A stretch of DNA of 64,000 nucleotides, from positions 3,171 through 67,170 of the forward strand of contig JAZPYM010000076.1 of NCBI GenBank assembly GCA_045544215.1, read 5' to 3'. The translations under genes and the position numbers were made by a program. This DNA comes from Congzhengia sp. (GTDB lineage Bacteria > Bacillota > Clostridia > UBA1381 > UBA9506). Below the pieces are notes generated by a model. It had not been told where the DNA came from and searched no databases. It was given only the letters and a program-made list of their open reading frames with translations. Of this stretch, positions 17,605 to 27,388 are shown piece after piece (within the stretch, counting starts at the first letter, position 1; each line of letters starts with the position of its first letter).

Positions 17605-19390
17605 TGTTGTTTCTCCTCTCGTTTTCCTTTTTGATTAAGCGATTAATTTCATCAATTTTGCCTTGCGCAGCAAGGGTATTAATCAATTGGTTTAAATGAT
17701 GCTTTTTGATTTTTTCAATATTATCCTTTATGGCGATAGCGGCATCCCCTGTATATTCCTTATATAAAATATCTGCTGCTGCTGATTTTAATTCCGCAGA
17801 AAGCGAAGACAAAAAAAGCGGTGCGGCGTTGTCGGCATTTTCTTCCTTAAAGCTTAAAACGGCGGAGAACAGTGCGCGACAGGTGGGGTCCGTCAATTCC
17901 TCTGCTGTAATTTCTGCCTTGGCAGTCCGAAAAGCTGTTTTGCTGAAAAACATTAAATTAATCAGCATCCGCTCTGCTTTGTATACCATGGTGGCAGCAG
18001 AAGCGTCTTTGTTGATATGGCTGGGCGGGGATACACTTTGTATCTTTCGCACCTCTTGTTTGATGTGCTTTCGGTTTTTATTGTAAATGTTCTTATTTAC
18101 CTGGGCTGAAATAGATTCCGGAGAGATATCGGTTTCTTTTGCAATTCGCTTGATATAGACCTCTCGTTCTACCGGATTGTCGTTTTGCGCCAGAATTTCA
18201 GCAGCTTTTTCTATAAATTCGACCTTTTGGTCAGATTCAACAAGATTATAGTTTTTCCGGACTTTTAAAATTCGATACTCTGTAGCAGAAAGCGCTTTTG
18301 CAAGCAATTGCTTAAAGGTTTCTACGCCTTTTGTTTTTAAAAGCTCGTCCGGGTCTTTTGCACCAGAATAGGATAAGACTTTTATTTTCACACCGGCAGC
18401 AGCCAAAATGTCAATTGCTTTATCTGCTGCTTTTTGACCGGCGTCGTCACTGTCGTAACAAACATACACAAAGGGGGCATATCGTTTTAGCAGGGCTGCC
18501 TGCCCATCCGTCAGTGCCGTTCCCAGTCCTGCCACTGCATTGGGAAAACCATGGACATGCAAGGAAACTGCGTCCATATAGCCCTCAACCAAAATCAGCC
18601 CGTCTTTTGCGCCATACGCCTTTGCTACATTTAGTCCAAACACATGGTCGCCTTTGTGAAAAACAGGCGTTTCCGGAGAATTCATGTATTTTGCTGGATC
18701 ATCGCCTAAAGCGCGACCGCCAAATGCAATTACATTACCTCGGACATCAATGATAGGAAACATCAAACGGTTGCGGAACTTGTCATACACATGCCCTTTT
18801 TCGTTTCGTACGGCAAGACCTGCGGCAACAATTTCATCGTTTTTGTATCCGTTTTCGTTTAAAAAGGTGGTTAAATCCGACCAGCTTTCTTTGGCAAAAC
18901 CGATGCCGTAGGTGGTAATAATTTCCCGGGAAAGACCACGCTTTGCAGCATATGTTCGTGCTGCAGCTGCCTCATTTTGTGACAAGTTTGCCACAAAACG
19001 CTTGGCGGCAAGCTTGTTCATTTTTAAAATACGCTCTTTCATATCGTGGCGCCTCTGGATTTCGGGGCTATAAACCTCTTCCTCCAGCGTTACGCCTGAC
19101 CGTTCTGCCAAAAATTTAATGGCATCCACAAAATCAAGATTTTCTGCTTTCATTACAAAATCCACTAAATTTCCGCCGGCACCGCAACCAAAGCAATAAT
19201 AAAGCTGCTTGTCTGCGCTGATGTGAAAAGAGGGGGTTTTTTCTCGATGAAAGGGGCAAAGGCCAACATGGTCAGAGCCGTTTCTGCGCAGAGTCACATA
19301 GGACGCTACAACTTCCACAATATCGTTTCTGCGAAGTACTTCATCTATGGAACTTTGTAAAAAACGAGCCAATGCAACAATCCCCTCCAT
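17597..19390 (-). CDS. dnaG: DNA primase
   Basis: Zinc finger [11 protein letters not shown]...CFGCG plus a TOPRIM domain (EGYMD). An alternative TTG start at 19372 lies 9 nt after GGAGGGG. Confidence 0.92.
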   Translation of the reverse strand: MEGIVALARFLQSSIDEVLRRNDIVEVVASYVTLRRNGSDHVGLCPFHREKTPSFHISADKQLYYCFGCGAGGNLVDFVMKAENLDFVDAIKFLAERSGVTLEEEVYSPEIQRRHDMKERILKMNKLAAKRFVANLSQNEAAAARTYAAKRGLSREIITTYGIGFAKESWSDLTTFLNENGYKNDEIVAAGLAVRNEKGHVYDKFRNRLMFPIIDVRGNVIAFGGRALGDDPAKYMNSPETPVFHKGDHVFGLNVAKAYGAKDGLILVEGYMDAVSLHVHGFPNAVAGLGTALTDGQAALLKRYAPFVYVCYDSDDAGQKAADKAIDILAAAGVKIKVLSYSGAKDPDELLKTKGVETFKQLLAKALSATEYRILKVRKNYNLVESDQKVEFIEKAAEILAQNDNPVEREVYIKRIAKETDISPESISAQVNKNIYNKNRKHIKQEVRKIQSVSPPSHINKDASAATMVYKAERMLINLMFFSKTAFRTAKAEITAEELTDPTCRALFSAVLSFKEENADNAAPLFLSSLSAELKSAAADILYKEYTGDAAIAIKDNIEKIKKHHLNQLINTLAAQGKIDEINRLIKKENERRNNID

Positions 19391-19473
19391 TAAAAACTAT
19401 CATTCTACTTATCGTATTCGACAAGAAAATCGTTTTTCCTTTTTTTATGGGAAGAATCTTTCTGTTGTGGATA

Positions 19474-19502
19474 TTGACTTTTTTTGGTGCATATGGTATA
19501 AT
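19474..19502 (+). promoter_or_regulatory. Sigma-70-type promoter of mntP
   Basis: TTGACT (19474-19479), 17 nt, TATAAT (19497-19502). Confidence 0.6.
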
Positions 19503-19534
19503 ATTCTCTAACTGATTTGAGGACGGTGAAGTGA

Positions 19535-20095
19535 TTGCAATTCTTTGAGATTGTCCTTGTTGCAGCAGGTCTTTCCATGGATGCGTTTGCAGTTTCTGTG
19601 TGTAAGGGACTATCAGTCAGTAAGGTGCAGCCAAAGCACATGTTGCTGGCAGGTTTGTATTTTGGCGGATTTCAGGCACTGATGCCACTGTTGGGTTTTT
19701 TTCTGGGCACACAGTTTCGTTCGTTGATTGAACAATGTGACCACTGGATTGTGTTTGCACTTTTGGCAGTGATTGGCATCAACATGATTCGGGAATCCCG
19801 GGGGGAAAGCGATTCGCTGAATAACTCTTTTTCCTTTGGTGCAATGCTTCCGCTGGCGATTGCTACCAGTGTTGATGCGTTAGCCGTAGGCATCAGTTTT
19901 GCTTTTTTAAAAGTGCAAATTGTGCCTGCTGTCAGTATGATTGGGGTCATTACCTTTGCGCTTTCCGCATTAGGCATAAAAATTGGTAACGCATTTGGTT
20001 TAAAATATAAGGCAAAGGCAGAGTTTACCGGCGGTTTGGTTTTGATTTTAATGGGTGTGAAAATTTTGCTGGAGCATTTAAACATCCTTACATAA
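19535..20095 (+). CDS. mntP: Manganese efflux pump MntP family
   Basis: 186 aa. It has six TM segments with duplicated DAFAV/DALAV motifs. TTG start with GAGGA upstream. Confidence 0.85.
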   Translation: MQFFEIVLVAAGLSMDAFAVSVCKGLSVSKVQPKHMLLAGLYFGGFQALMPLLGFFLGTQFRSLIEQCDHWIVFALLAVIGINMIRESRGESDSLNNSFSFGAMLPLAIATSVDALAVGISFAFLKVQIVPAVSMIGVITFALSALGIKIGNAFGLKYKAKAEFTGGLVLILMGVKILLEHLNILT

Positions 20096-20107
20096 TTTTA
20101 TATAGTA

Positions 20108-20240
20108 TGGGGGAGTAATTCCGCGTAAAAACGCGGGATAGTACCAACATCTTGATGCAAAGCAGCATCTGGACTATCCGTAATGAATGAGACTCATATA
20201 CAAATCTTGACAGAGGCGTATATGTGTCTTTCTTTTTCAT
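20108..20240 (+). ncRNA. Candidate cis-regulatory leader, possibly a yybP-ykoY-like Mn riboswitch, upstream of the P-type ATPase
   Basis: GGGGAGUA motif at 20109-20117. Hairpins are CCGCG/CGCGG (20121-20136), GGATAGT/ACTATCC (20136-20179) enclosing GATGC/GCATC, and CATATAC/GTATATG (20195-20224) followed by a U-rich tract. A UUGACA sits in the last loop. No covariance-model search was possible. Confidence 0.3.
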
Positions 20241-20273
20241 AAAATAAAATAAGTACTATTAGGAGGGAAAAAC

Positions 20274-22910
20274 TTGAAAGCATATTTAAAAGAGGCAAGC
20301 GAGGTTTTGCAGGAAGCAAAAACATCGCAAGTCGGGCTGACGCAGGACGAGGCATCCGCACGACTTTTAGAGTATGGTGCCAATAAGTTAAAAGAGGGCA
20401 AAAAAGTTTCGCTGATTGCACGGTTTTTTGAGGAACTATTAGACCCTATGACTTTGATTTTGATTGCCGCAGCCATTATTTCCGGTGTGACAGCAGTTTA
20501 TGCAAACGAATCCTTTGCAGATGTTATTATTATCATGATTGTTGTGCTGATTAATGCAATTTTGGGTGTTGCCCAGGAAAGCAAAGCAGAAAAAGCCATT
20601 GCAGCGCTCCAGGAAATTACCGCAGCGACCTCAAAGGTGATTCGTGATGGCAAGCAAATTATCATCAAAAGCGAAGAACTGGTGCCCGGAGATGTAATTG
20701 TGCTGGAGGCGGGGGATGCTGTTCCTGCAGATGCGCGAATCATTGAGTGTGCCAGCATGAAAATTGAAGAAGCGGCACTGACAGGGGAATCCGTTCCTGT
20801 GAACAAGATTGTTTCTGCTCTTACATTAGATGGGGAAAAAGACATTCCCTTAGGGGACAGAAAGAACATGGTTTACATGGGCAGCACTGTGGTATATGGC
20901 AGAGGCAAGGCCGTTGTAACCGGAACAGGTATGGATACAGAAATGGGAAAAATTGCAGACGCGCTGGCTTCTGCAAAGGATGATGAAACGCCGCTGCAGA
21001 AAAAATTAAACCAGCTGAGCAAAATTTTAAGCATTCTGGTTATCGGTATTTGCTTGTTTATTTTTGGTTTGGATACCATCCGTTCTTATCCCAATGTTAC
21101 AGGCACAGGCATGCTGGATACCTTTATGGTTGCGGTAAGCCTTGCGGTTGCAGCAATTCCGGAGGGGTTGGCAGCAGTTGTTACCATCGTGCTTTCCATT
21201 GGTGTTACCAGCATGTCCAAGCGTAACGCGGTTATCAGAAAGCTGACAGCTGTTGAAACCTTGGGTTGTACCCAGGTGATTTGCTCTGATAAAACCGGCA
21301 CGCTGACACAAAACAAAATGACTGTGGTAGAGCACGCAGGAGATGATATTCCCTTTCTTGCGACTGCCATGTCTCTTTGTAGCGATGCAGAACCGGGAGA
21401 AGATGGCGATGCAGTGGGTGAACCCACAGAATGTGCCTTGGTTAACGATGCACAAAAGCTGGGATTTTTGAAACCGGATTTGGAAAAGAAATACCCCCGT
21501 GTTGGAGAGGCCCCCTTTGATTCCAGCAGAAAAATGATGAGTACGGTGCACAAAACAGAAGACGGCACAATTGTGCAGTTTACAAAAGGTGCACCGGATG
21601 AGGTACTGAAGCGTTGTACACATGTTTGGGAAAACGGCGCAGCAGTCTTGCTTGATGATGCGGGACGCGAAAAGATACTTGCAGAAAATAAAGGCATGGC
21701 AGACAAGGCGCTTCGTGTGCTTTGCGGCGCTATGAAGCAGTATGACTTGCTGCCGGAAAGCTTTGAAGCAGAGGATTTGGAACAGAATCTGTGCTATTTG
21801 GGACTTTCGGGCATGATTGACCCTATTCGTCCTGAAGTAAAAGATGCGATTGATGCATGTAAAATGGCAGGCATTCGCCCTGTTATGATTACAGGCGACC
21901 ATAAAGACACCGCAGCTGCCATTGCCAGAGAATTGGGCATTTTGGCACCGGACGGGGAAGCGATTACCGGTGCGCAGCTCAACGAGATGTCTGATGAAGA
22001 GCTGCAGCAAAACATAGAAAATTACTCTGTTTATGCCAGAGTGCAGCCGGAACACAAGGTGCGCATTGTGCAGGCATGGAAGGCAAAAGAAAAGGTTACC
22101 GCTATGACGGGTGACGGCGTAAACGATGCCCCCTCCATTAAAAATGCCGACATTGGTGTAGGTATGGGTATTACCGGCACAGATGTCACAAAAAATGTGG
22201 CAGATATGGTGCTGGCAGATGATAATTTTGCAACCATTGTTTCTGCGGTGGAAGAGGGTAGACGCATTTATGATAACATTCGAAAAGCAATTCAGTTCCT
22301 GCTTGCTTCCAATCTTGCAGAGGTACTGTCTGTTTTCTTTGCTACCATTATGAGCTTTGTTATCTTAAAACCGGTGCACCTTTTATGGATTAACCTGATT
22401 ACCGACTGTTTTCCGGCTTTGGCGCTGGGTATGGAAAAAAGCGAGGACGACATTATGCGTCGTCAACCCAGGAATGCACGGGACGGCATTTTTGCCGGCG
22501 GTATGGGCGTTGATGTAGCGCTGCAGGGTATCTTAGTTACAGTGTTAACCATTTCGGCATACTTTATCGGACATTTCATTGAATCAGGCAAATGGGAAAT
22601 TGTCAACAGTGCAGACGGCATGACAATGGCGTTTTTAACGCTTTCAATGGTGGAAATTTTCCATTCGTTTAATATGCGGTCCCGCCGAGGGTCTGTGTTT
22701 AAATTAAACAGTCACAACAAATTTTTGTGGGGTGCAATGATTTTGTCCTTTATTTTAACAACTGCGGTAATTTATGTGCCGTTCTTGTCTGACGCCTTTG
22801 GCTTTGAGCATATTTCCCTTTTAGAGTATGGGATTGCCATGGCGTTGGCGGTTGTCATTATTCCGATTATGGAAGCTGCAAAATTTGTGCAAAGAAAATT
22901 AGGGAAATAA
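20274..22910 (+). CDS. P-type ATPase, Ca2+ (or Ca2+/Mn2+) transporting, P2A-like
   Basis: 878 aa with CSDKTGTLTQNKM (phosphorylation site), TGES, MITGDH, MTGDGVNDAPS and 10 TM segments. Confidence 0.9.
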   Translation: MKAYLKEASEVLQEAKTSQVGLTQDEASARLLEYGANKLKEGKKVSLIARFFEELLDPMTLILIAAAIISGVTAVYANESFADVIIIMIVVLINAILGVAQESKAEKAIAALQEITAATSKVIRDGKQIIIKSEELVPGDVIVLEAGDAVPADARIIECASMKIEEAALTGESVPVNKIVSALTLDGEKDIPLGDRKNMVYMGSTVVYGRGKAVVTGTGMDTEMGKIADALASAKDDETPLQKKLNQLSKILSILVIGICLFIFGLDTIRSYPNVTGTGMLDTFMVAVSLAVAAIPEGLAAVVTIVLSIGVTSMSKRNAVIRKLTAVETLGCTQVICSDKTGTLTQNKMTVVEHAGDDIPFLATAMSLCSDAEPGEDGDAVGEPTECALVNDAQKLGFLKPDLEKKYPRVGEAPFDSSRKMMSTVHKTEDGTIVQFTKGAPDEVLKRCTHVWENGAAVLLDDAGREKILAENKGMADKALRVLCGAMKQYDLLPESFEAEDLEQNLCYLGLSGMIDPIRPEVKDAIDACKMAGIRPVMITGDHKDTAAAIARELGILAPDGEAITGAQLNEMSDEELQQNIENYSVYARVQPEHKVRIVQAWKAKEKVTAMTGDGVNDAPSIKNADIGVGMGITGTDVTKNVADMVLADDNFATIVSAVEEGRRIYDNIRKAIQFLLASNLAEVLSVFFATIMSFVILKPVHLLWINLITDCFPALALGMEKSEDDIMRRQPRNARDGIFAGGMGVDVALQGILVTVLTISAYFIGHFIESGKWEIVNSADGMTMAFLTLSMVEIFHSFNMRSRRGSVFKLNSHNKFLWGAMILSFILTTAVIYVPFLSDAFGFEHISLLEYGIAMALAVVIIPIMEAAKFVQRKLGK

Positions 22911-22916
22911 ACAAAA

Positions 22917-22948
22917 AGAAAAAGGACTGTGAAAACAGTCCTTTTTTT
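22917..22948. terminator. Bidirectional intrinsic terminator
   Basis: aaaaaGGACTGTgaaaACAGTCCttttttt. Confidence 0.7.
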
Positions 22949-24908
22949 ATTTTGTATTTTCTGCAATTGTACCATTTTGGTATGCCGTCAATAGCAACTT
23001 CAAGTCGTTTATCTGTTCTTGCAGATCGTGGCCAATATCGGTATCTGCCACTTTCATGCGCCTGCTGGATCTTTCTACAATGACGGTGGTGGAGTGAATA
23101 TCCTGCTCCTTTTCAATTGCTTGTGTATGAGTTGAAAAGGGCTGGTGCGACGCCAAAAACATGCCCTGAGAATTAAAAATCAGCGTATAGCCGGCAATTC
23201 CGGTTTTGGACTGATATGCTTTGGAAAGTCCGCCGTCGATAATCAGGAGCTTCCCGTTGGCCTTGATGGGCGTTTCACCTTTTTTGCAGGCAACGGGCAC
23301 ATGACCGTTAATAATATGTGCAGATTCCGGATTCAAACCGAATTCCTGCAAAATGCGGTCTGCCATCGATACATCATTTAACATGGTGTAATAGGCATTT
23401 TTTGTTTCCGTCCATGTGCGCGCATCTTCTATAAAGTATCGTTCAAAGGTGGTCATCTTGTCTTTGCCAAACAAGGGGGAAGCACTTCCACACCACAAAT
23501 ACCACATAAAATCCAGTGCCCGTTGTTTGTCCGGGTGATTTTGAGGCAGGAAATAACCCTGTCGCATGGCTTTGTCCGCATAATCCAATAACTTCTTACC
23601 GGACAAAACCTCTCCGTTCATGGTGAGGCAGCAGAATGTTCCGTCTTTTTCCATGGGAATGCAGCCATGATACAACAAGTTGTGGTTAAAAATGGTATAC
23701 ATTCCTCCGTTGGAATATAAAAATTTAACATGTTTTTGCAAACGCTGACTATGGGAAAAGTTCAGGATGAGGCGTGACATTACCTCTTGCTCTTCTCGGG
23801 TTAAACCATAAGGATCTTTGGCGTTGCAGGTGGGAAACTGTGTGTCTTTTAATGGATATGCAGTGCCGTCTATATGTATGGTGCCTGCTTTTGCATCGAT
23901 TTTATCCAAAAACAGACGATGCTCCATACAAAAATCGGGATTTCTCAAAATCAGCTGCCCCTCCAGCTTAAAGGCAATGATTGCAATTGCCTTATGCATT
24001 TTTGCCAAAAGCGCAATATCCCTGTCTGTTTCATTTTCGCAGTTGGATTCCGGTAAAAAGGAAAGGCAGGGGTCATCGTAGTATTGGTCCATGGCGAAGG
24101 TAGCCAGGGGACGCAGGCTGATTCCATAGCCCTCTTCAATGGTGTCTAAATTATTATATCGTGCTGAAATACGAATTGCCGCAGCAATGGACAATGCGCT
24201 TCCTGCAGCAGCACCCATCCATAAGGCGTCGTGGTTGCCCCATTGAATGTCAACGCTGTGACAATGCATTAATTTGTCCATAATGATGTCCGGTCCGTTG
24301 CCACGGTCAAAGATATCGCCAATGATATGCAAGTGGTCCACCGCCAGCCGCTGAATCAGATAGCATAGCTGAATAATAAAAGCGTCTGCCCTGTCGGTAT
24401 CGATAATGGTGTCGATGATGCCGGCGTAATATTGTTGTTTATTATTAAAATCGTTGTGTTCGTGGAGCAACTCCTCCATGATATATTCAAAATCCTTGGG
24501 GAGCGCTTTTCTGACTTTGGAGCGGGTATATTTAGAGGCGGTCATACGGCAAATATCCACCAGACGATAGAGCGTTACCCTATACCAATCCTCTAAGTTT
24601 TCCTCGCCTCTTTTGATAATTTTCAGTTTTTCTTCGGGGTAGTAAATCAGTGTTGCTAAAGACTTTCTTTGTTCTGGCGTTAAAGTAGTGGCAAATCGTT
24701 CGTCTATTTTTCGCTTTAAAACGCCGGAGGCGTTGCGCAAAATGTGTTCAAAAGCTTCATGCTCGCCATGCAAATCACTTAAAAAATGTTCTGTTCCTTT
24801 GGGAAGATTTAGAATCGCATTTAAGTTAATAATTTCTGAGCTGGCAGCTTGAATGTTGGGATAACGCTTTGCCAAAAGTCTTAAAAACTTTTGTGTTTCC
24901 ATATGCAC
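22947..24908 (-). CDS. fbp: Fructose-1,6-bisphosphatase, class 3
   Basis: 653 aa. The N-terminus LRLLAKRYPNIQAASSEIINLNAILNLPKGTEHFLSDLHGE is characteristic of the Firmicute class-3 FBPase. Confidence 0.92.
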   Translation of the reverse strand: MHMETQKFLRLLAKRYPNIQAASSEIINLNAILNLPKGTEHFLSDLHGEHEAFEHILRNASGVLKRKIDERFATTLTPEQRKSLATLIYYPEEKLKIIKRGEENLEDWYRVTLYRLVDICRMTASKYTRSKVRKALPKDFEYIMEELLHEHNDFNNKQQYYAGIIDTIIDTDRADAFIIQLCYLIQRLAVDHLHIIGDIFDRGNGPDIIMDKLMHCHSVDIQWGNHDALWMGAAAGSALSIAAAIRISARYNNLDTIEEGYGISLRPLATFAMDQYYDDPCLSFLPESNCENETDRDIALLAKMHKAIAIIAFKLEGQLILRNPDFCMEHRLFLDKIDAKAGTIHIDGTAYPLKDTQFPTCNAKDPYGLTREEQEVMSRLILNFSHSQRLQKHVKFLYSNGGMYTIFNHNLLYHGCIPMEKDGTFCCLTMNGEVLSGKKLLDYADKAMRQGYFLPQNHPDKQRALDFMWYLWCGSASPLFGKDKMTTFERYFIEDARTWTETKNAYYTMLNDVSMADRILQEFGLNPESAHIINGHVPVACKKGETPIKANGKLLIIDGGLSKAYQSKTGIAGYTLIFNSQGMFLASHQPFSTHTQAIEKEQDIHSTTVIVERSSRRMKVADTDIGHDLQEQINDLKLLLTAYQNGTIAENTK

Positions 24909-24941
24909 ACCCCTTTGAAGCGATTACTATCTAATTATTTT

Positions 24942-25613
24942 TTATTGCTGTACTTTCCGTTTCACAATGTTTTTTTGGGTTTTTACAATGCAATCTGCAG
25001 GAAAAACGCCTCGCAGTGCATTCAAAGGATAAACGGAAGTGTTTTTCCCCAGAATTGTGCCCGGATTTAAAACACAGCCACAACCTACATCGGCGCCGTC
25101 TGCCAAAATACCGCCGATTTTACGAAGTCCTGTCTCGTAATTCACGCCACTGTGAATTACAACGGGTTTTCCGTCTGTTTTTAAATTGGAACAAATAGAA
25201 CCGGCGCCCAAATGGGATTTGTTTCCTAAAACGGAGTCCCCTACATAATTGTAATGGGGAACCTGAACACCGTTTAACAAAATGCAATTTTTAAATTCAG
25301 AGGAGTTACCAAGGACGCAATTTGCCCCTGTAATCACATTGCCTCTGATAAATGCCCCGGGACGCACTTCGGTGCCCTCGCCGATAATGGCGGGCGCTTC
25401 GATGGTTGTGTTGGGGTAAATTTTAACATTTTCTCCAACTAAAACGCCTTCTGCGATTTCGTGATAGCCCGGGATGCCTTCTTTGATTAATTCCAAAATA
25501 TATTCCTTAATTTTGGGCAACATTTCCCAGGGATATTCACAGGAGTCGAACAATGGCTTTAAATAGGGTGTTTCACATTGAAACAATTCTTTGGTGGTGA
25601 CACATCTATTCAA
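24942..25613 (-). CDS. Left-handed beta-helix (hexapeptide) acyl/acetyltransferase resembling the GlmU C-terminal domain
   Basis: Hexapeptide repeats run throughout (IIGEGTEVRPGAFIRGNVITGANCVLGNSSE...). The likely TTG start at 25613 overlaps the glmM stop by 8 nt. The longer ORF-track start at 25691 would overlap glmM by 86 nt. Confidence 0.7.
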   Translation of the reverse strand: MNRCVTTKELFQCETPYLKPLFDSCEYPWEMLPKIKEYILELIKEGIPGYHEIAEGVLVGENVKIYPNTTIEAPAIIGEGTEVRPGAFIRGNVITGANCVLGNSSEFKNCILLNGVQVPHYNYVGDSVLGNKSHLGAGSICSNLKTDGKPVVIHSGVNYETGLRKIGGILADGADVGCGCVLNPGTILGKNTSVYPLNALRGVFPADCIVKTQKNIVKRKVQQ

Positions 25614-27231
25614 TGCTATGACCTCTTTCCTTAATCTTATTTGTAATGCTGTCTGCGTAGGAAACGCAAAGCGCCTGGTCTTCGCACTCAATCATTACGC
25701 GGACAACGGGTTCTGTTCCGCTCTTTCTTAACAGAACTCTTCCTTTTCCGTTAATTTTTTCTTCAATGGCTTTTGCTTCGGCAAGGACTGTATCATCGTT
25801 TAAAACGGCATTTTTATCCTTTACGCGAACATTAACGGTGTACTGCGGATACAGTTTTACCGGCTCTGCCAGCTTGGCAAGGGAGAGCTTTCTGTCGCAT
25901 ACCTCTTCTGCAAGCATAATTGCTGTCAGCAAGCCGTCGCCGGTGGTAGCATATTTCTTTAAAATTACGTGGCCGGACTGTTCCCCGCCTAAACTATAGT
26001 CGTTTGCCTGCATACATTCGTATACAAAACGGTCGCCAACCTTTGTCTGCTCACACTTGATGCCTTCCTCGCTTAATGATGCAAAAAGGCCGCTGTTAGA
26101 CATGATGGTGGCAACGACGGTGTTGCCGTTTAACATTCCCCGTGCCTTTAACCGCTTTGCCAAGATATACATAATCTTGTCGCCGTCTACCACATTTCCG
26201 TTTTCGTCCACTGCAAGACATCTGTCTGCGTCGCCGTCAAAGGCAAAGCCCATGTCCAGATGCTGTTCTTTTACCAGCTGACAAAGGCGTTCCATGTGTG
26301 TAGAACCACAACCGTTGTTTACATTCACGCCGTCCGGCTCTGCGCCGATTACCACTGTCTGCGCCCCCAACGCGCCAAAGACTGCTTTTGCAATCATCCA
26401 GGAGGCGCCATTTGCGCAGTCAATACCGATTTTTAAGTTTTTGTAAGAGTTGGAAGCGACGGAGATCAGATATCCCACATAACGATTTCTGCCGGAAACA
26501 TAGTCTACAATGCAACCGATTTTTTCTCTGTGAGCCAAAGGCAAATCTGTTCCGTTTACACCCAAAAATTTCAAGTCGCCGTCAATGTATGCCTCTATTA
26601 AAGCGGTTGTGGCATCATCTAATTTTTCGCCGTGACGGTTGATGATTTTAATGCCGTTATCGTGGAAAGGATTGTGGGAAGCGGTTATCATAATACCGCA
26701 GTCAAACTCGTCCTGACGGGTTACATAAGATACGCTGGGGGTTGTGGTAACATGAAGCATATATGCATCTGCACCGGATGCTGTGATACCTGCAACCAGG
26801 GAATATTCGAGCATATAGCTGGAGCGTCTGGTGTCTTTACCAATCACAATGCGGGGGCGATAATTTGCTTTGTCGCAACCGGAGAGGGGAGAGGAAAAAT
26901 ACCATCCCAAAAATCGTCCAACCTGGTAAGCGTGCATGGAGGTCAGCTCTCTGTTTGCTTCGCCGCGGAAACCGTCTGTGCCAAAATACTTGTTGCCGGT
27001 GTGCCTCTCGGCAGGAGCGGCCTTAATAGTAATATCCTCCTGCAAAAGCTCATCTGTTGAAATTTCAAAAAGCTTGCACAACTGAATGATGTTTTCAATT
27101 TGGGGATAGCTTTGGTCCATTTCCCATTTCGAAATGGATTGTCTTGATACAAAAATTTTCTCAGCCAACTGTTCCTGGGACATGTTTTTTGATGTGCGCA
27201 ACTGCGCAATTTTTTCACCGATTGTCATCAT
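25606..27231 (-). CDS. glmM: Phosphoglucosamine mutase with an N-terminal XRE-type HTH domain fused in frame
   Basis: 541 aa. Residues 1-65 (IGEKIAQLRTSKNMSQEQLAEKIFVSRQSISKWE) form a Cro/C1 HTH. From about residue 80 it reads KYFGTDGFRGEAN...ITASHNPFHDNGIKI...DGDADR, which is GlmM. There is no in-frame ATG, GTG or TTG just before the mutase domain. Confidence 0.9.
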   Translation of the reverse strand: MMTIGEKIAQLRTSKNMSQEQLAEKIFVSRQSISKWEMDQSYPQIENIIQLCKLFEISTDELLQEDITIKAAPAERHTGNKYFGTDGFRGEANRELTSMHAYQVGRFLGWYFSSPLSGCDKANYRPRIVIGKDTRRSSYMLEYSLVAGITASGADAYMLHVTTTPSVSYVTRQDEFDCGIMITASHNPFHDNGIKIINRHGEKLDDATTALIEAYIDGDLKFLGVNGTDLPLAHREKIGCIVDYVSGRNRYVGYLISVASNSYKNLKIGIDCANGASWMIAKAVFGALGAQTVVIGAEPDGVNVNNGCGSTHMERLCQLVKEQHLDMGFAFDGDADRCLAVDENGNVVDGDKIMYILAKRLKARGMLNGNTVVATIMSNSGLFASLSEEGIKCEQTKVGDRFVYECMQANDYSLGGEQSGHVILKKYATTGDGLLTAIMLAEEVCDRKLSLAKLAEPVKLYPQYTVNVRVKDKNAVLNDDTVLAEAKAIEEKINGKGRVLLRKSGTEPVVRVMIECEDQALCVSYADSITNKIKERGHSIE

Positions 27232-27317
27232 GTGTTCAGAACCTTTCTATTGTTTAAATTATTGTTTTATTATTCTTTATTATATATAAAAAATAAAAAT
27301 TTACACTTACAAAGCTA

Positions 27318-27346
27318 ATCATATCAAACATTTCCAGTTTCTTCAA
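27318..27346 (-). promoter_or_regulatory. Candidate promoter of the HTH-glmM gene
   Basis: On the minus strand: TTGAAG, 17 nt, TGa-TATGAT. Confidence 0.4.
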
Positions 27347-27363
27347 GCAACTTCTCTATATAT

Positions 27364-27388
27364 TTTTCGCACCTATAGGTTGCGAAAA
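27364..27388. promoter_or_regulatory. Near-perfect 25-bp palindrome just upstream of the candidate -35
   Basis: TTTTCGCA-CCTATAGG-t-TGCGAAAA. Confidence 0.35.

Noticed and set aside
19405-19534. Mn riboswitch expected upstream of mntP
   Set aside because: The promoter (-10 at 19497-19502) leaves only ~30 nt of leader before the TTG start. That is too short for a yybP-ykoY element, and no GGGGAGUAG-like motif is present there.
20205-20212. TTGACA at 20207-20212 as the -35 of the ATPase promoter
   Set aside because: There is no acceptable -10 at 16-19 nt spacing; the nearest TA-rich hexamer is 27 nt away. It is more likely part of the leader structure.
21027-22055. 342-aa minus-strand ORF inside the P-type ATPase gene
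   Set aside because: It is entirely antisense to a gene with unmistakable P-type ATPase motifs. The sequence is low-complexity and Cys/His/Asn-rich with no SD, so it is a shadow ORF. The same reasoning applies to 20498-20869, 21086-21706 and 22031-22267.
25614-25691. N-terminal 26-codon extension of the LbH acetyltransferase ORF (ORF-track start 25691)
   Set aside because: It would overlap the glmM 3' end by 86 nt. The in-frame TTG at 25613, overlapping the glmM stop, gives a typical coupled arrangement. The extension sequence (MSAKTRRFAFPTQTALQIRLRKEVIA) looks non-native.
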